Origin: an uncultured bacterium
Lineage (GTDB): Bacteria; Hinthialibacterota; Hinthialibacteria; Hinthialibacterales; Hinthialibacteraceae
Length of the DNA: 61,411 bases
Direction: 5' to 3'
NCBI GenBank assembly: GCA_964606645.1
Contig: CAZSIZ010000001.1
Location: forward strand, 1-61,411
Of the stretch, positions 60,301 through 61,411 are shown piece by piece. Every line of letters starts with the position of its first letter. Position 1 is the stretch's first letter. The translations under genes and the position numbers were made by a program. The notes under the pieces are model-generated. The model was not told the DNA's origin, ran no database searches, and worked only from the letters and a program-made list of their open reading frames with translations.

Positions 60301-60380
60301 AAATCAACGTAAATCTCTGTCGCAAAGGCTGTATGGAGAATGAGAAAAAGAGTGCAGAATTGCGTGATTGAATATCTCAT
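57318..60380 (-). CDS. large exported hypothetical protein (1020 aa; beta-rich N-half, alpha/alpha-toroid-like C-half)
   Basis: Signal MRYSITQFCTLFLILHTAFA/TE. GGGAGA RBS. No family recognised. Confidence 0.75.
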   Translation of the reverse strand: MRYSITQFCTLFLILHTAFATEIYVDLKQPEDWQATHDVRPLTDSEEGAVIECTGSDPYITSKALNFSAKDYKAILIEMSVSAGSQMQVFWASKQTPRFIEPNSVRAQLKPDGLYHTYVLSLAAHPKWTGDMIRLRLDPSDTNSKVVLRSFKIVDRIGPRIEPVSFRANRPFARPGEPIELTARIRNSGDVAGTIDLSLHGELKQLNGTIEDTNRRVEIPPGSECDVSWNFSSKRECAIQVSCDWKPLDFTPLQKIENKPLNTILQVSDTENRRDAIVLNQETFQVIMPKTDLGYGPARFQVNRKGEWKDCVWMARLGTVQIETNSGEVQRIPLFSTEMQSPIPGTFLFQKTWTDPDSRQWSFTLEMEVLSPPLEALHFTYSLQSEGGRLLHFSGPELFIGERSFGREKDRAIFPGIEFLDRDAVSSSDAVARPPVRDQTMPHPYKNTIPFMALTHENTLVSLLWPPQMAWSRNERCLSPKFSVPNRLYGQDNHLFGLFVPTVPDYTLENHETAHTPYIIQPGETVRIECAIVLGESNDPCDALDAWLELYGRNEFPLPAAPPRRYEEEIILSRQAYLTSCWSAEGKGWGHCVGWDPIPSGGMLALLSLDDFLTDKTGQTQILKERIDLVYQHILKTRGPAGLVSSAGCHVMTFEPAFYWGVLESALSSWARQAAGLKNSQNPDGSWGFHPSKDVQKDLGKEGEVVSGTIAPHAMRLMRLARITADPVATETGLKALEALNRRTVPRGAQGWECPLAAADIMVSGYGARANLDAYRITGDKAYLDHAVYWARTGIVFHYLWNLGGRPLQRYATIPIFGTTFFSHSWLGVPVQWCGLVYAYALQELAEFDDRYPWLTIAEGIVNSAMHQQLTEGELIGTLPDSYGDYFITARGAYINPENIMTNVHALNGNSLNIRTVFLDKPGRHAMRVSANSDIDETKIDGRRIQFSLTSKPGRETSIVVAPLEQKPKWITINPKRVLKEANPLFGESSGWRYLPKQRAVLIRAKHKTEQVSFTVERGD

Positions 60381-60503
60381 TGGAATCTCCCGGACCGCGA
60401 ATTCAATACAAAATCGTTCAGGAAGTTATACAGGATTTATCGTTGAGAATAAAGATATGAATAGAAGTGAGTATGACGAAAAAACGATGCAAGCGTAACG
60501 GGA

Positions 60504-61085
60504 TTATGGCCCGAATTTGAGCAGATCTCCCGCGCTATTGGTTCCGTTGGAACTGTCGTATAGAAAGAAGACGTCCTGGGGATACCCTCTCGCTCCGGAG
60601 TCGGCGTTCAGATCTTTATCGGGACCGGAGGAGATCAGCGCCCATTGATAGGAAGTCTCTTTCCCATGCAGCCACTCGTGCGGTGAGCCACGAAACTTAT
60701 TCGAAAAGTAAGGGACGGGGGCTTCCGGCCAGCCCGGGGATTCGTAGACATAGTTCATGGGATCGCCGTCGGGTGTCACCCAGCCCTTTGGCGCGAACGG
60801 GTCGGGCCACCGCCCCTGGTTCACATACGAGACGGGAGTCGTCAGGGGATGAAATCGGTAGGGCCAAGAAATGTTGTGATAGCGGCTGATGTAGCGGCCA
60901 TTGTCTAACTTATACATCTCCATCGCCGTGCTCAGGGCGTTGAAATCCCCCTCGACTTTGGCGATCTTGGCTCGCACCTGGGCGTTCAGAAAATTGGGAA
61001 CGGCAATCGCGGCTAAAATCCCGATGATCGCGACCACAATCAGCAACTCGATCAGCGTAAACGCTTGATAGTCTCTTATTTTCAT
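60504..61085 (-). CDS. prepilin-type N-terminal cleavage/methylation domain protein (GspG-like pseudopilin)
   Basis: MKIRDYQA/FTLIELLIVVAIIGILAAIAVPNFLNAQVRAKIA. GspG-like C-terminal SSGPDKD segment. Paralog of 31592..32185. Confidence 0.9.
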   Translation of the reverse strand: MKIRDYQAFTLIELLIVVAIIGILAAIAVPNFLNAQVRAKIAKVEGDFNALSTAMEMYKLDNGRYISRYHNISWPYRFHPLTTPVSYVNQGRWPDPFAPKGWVTPDGDPMNYVYESPGWPEAPVPYFSNKFRGSPHEWLHGKETSYQWALISSGPDKDLNADSGARGYPQDVFFLYDSSNGTNSAGDLLKFGP

Positions 61086-61365
61086 TGATTCCTCTTTGTG
61101 TAATGTTGGATACGGTGGATGGGTGATTTTATCTTGTGCTATGTTTATCTCTCGTGATTAATTATATCGGATTTTTTGGGATTCTTATAGTGAAAAAGCA
61201 GGGATATCGATCTTCGTATCGAAGCGCTTTAGATTCAAAGCGTTTTGCCGTAAAATGAAAAATCATACATACGATACCGCTTTCCGTCTTTCACGGCGGT
61301 TCGATGGCGAACGACCATTGCCGTATTGAATACCAGACTTTTGGGGAAAAGAGGAGAAAATCATA

Positions 61366-61411
61366 ATGTTTTCACGACGCTTTCTAACCTTCACACTGTG
61401 CGCATTCGTTC
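61366..61411 (+). CDS. 5' end of an exported protein gene (truncated by window end)
   Basis: GAGGAGAAAA RBS 5 nt before ATG 61366. MFSRRFLTFTLCAFV looks like the start of a signal peptide. Confidence 0.4.
   Translation, partial: MFSRRFLTFTLCAFV

Noticed and set aside
1-61411. Looked for CRISPR arrays, tRNA/rRNA genes, integrases, transposases and phage or defence gene clusters
   Set aside because: No regularly spaced direct repeats, no cloverleaf-like or rRNA-like segments and no recombinase or transposase motifs were recognised by eye. tRNAscan-SE, Infernal and an HMM scan would be needed for a definitive negative.

Overview
61.4-kb chromosomal segment with about 50 protein-coding genes. 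I saw no rRNA, tRNA or CRISPR array by eye. The gene content is mostly exported glycan-active enzymes: GH28, GH16, a BNR/sialidase-like protein, a sulfatase, a DUF1080 protein, a PmoA-family protein and a Tat-signal Gfo/Idh/MocA oxidoreductase. Two prepilin-type pseudopilin paralogs are also present. This mix suggests a PVC-type heterotroph (Planctomycetota/Verrucomicrobiota/Lentisphaerota-like) or a related one, but that is inference only. Housekeeping blocks are radA, a YacL-like PIN/TRAM gene and a GT2 gene, then trxB-mlaE-mlaF-mlaD. Points most worth follow-up: (1) an 868-bp AT-rich islet sits in the 3' end of an M29 aminopeptidase gene and is flanked by a diverged copy of the gene terminus; (2) a minimal mlaEFD operon encodes a 500-aa MlaD with a long helical region and a beta-barrel-like C-terminus; (3) both pseudopilin genes lie inside enzyme operons with no secretion or pilus machinery nearby; (4) there is an orphan FliG C-terminal-domain protein; (5) there is a Tat-signal member of the L-fucose/arabinose-isomerase-like family; (6) three unrelated GC-rich palindromic or structured intergenic repeat families occur. 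All family assignments come from motif recognition by eye, not from searches.
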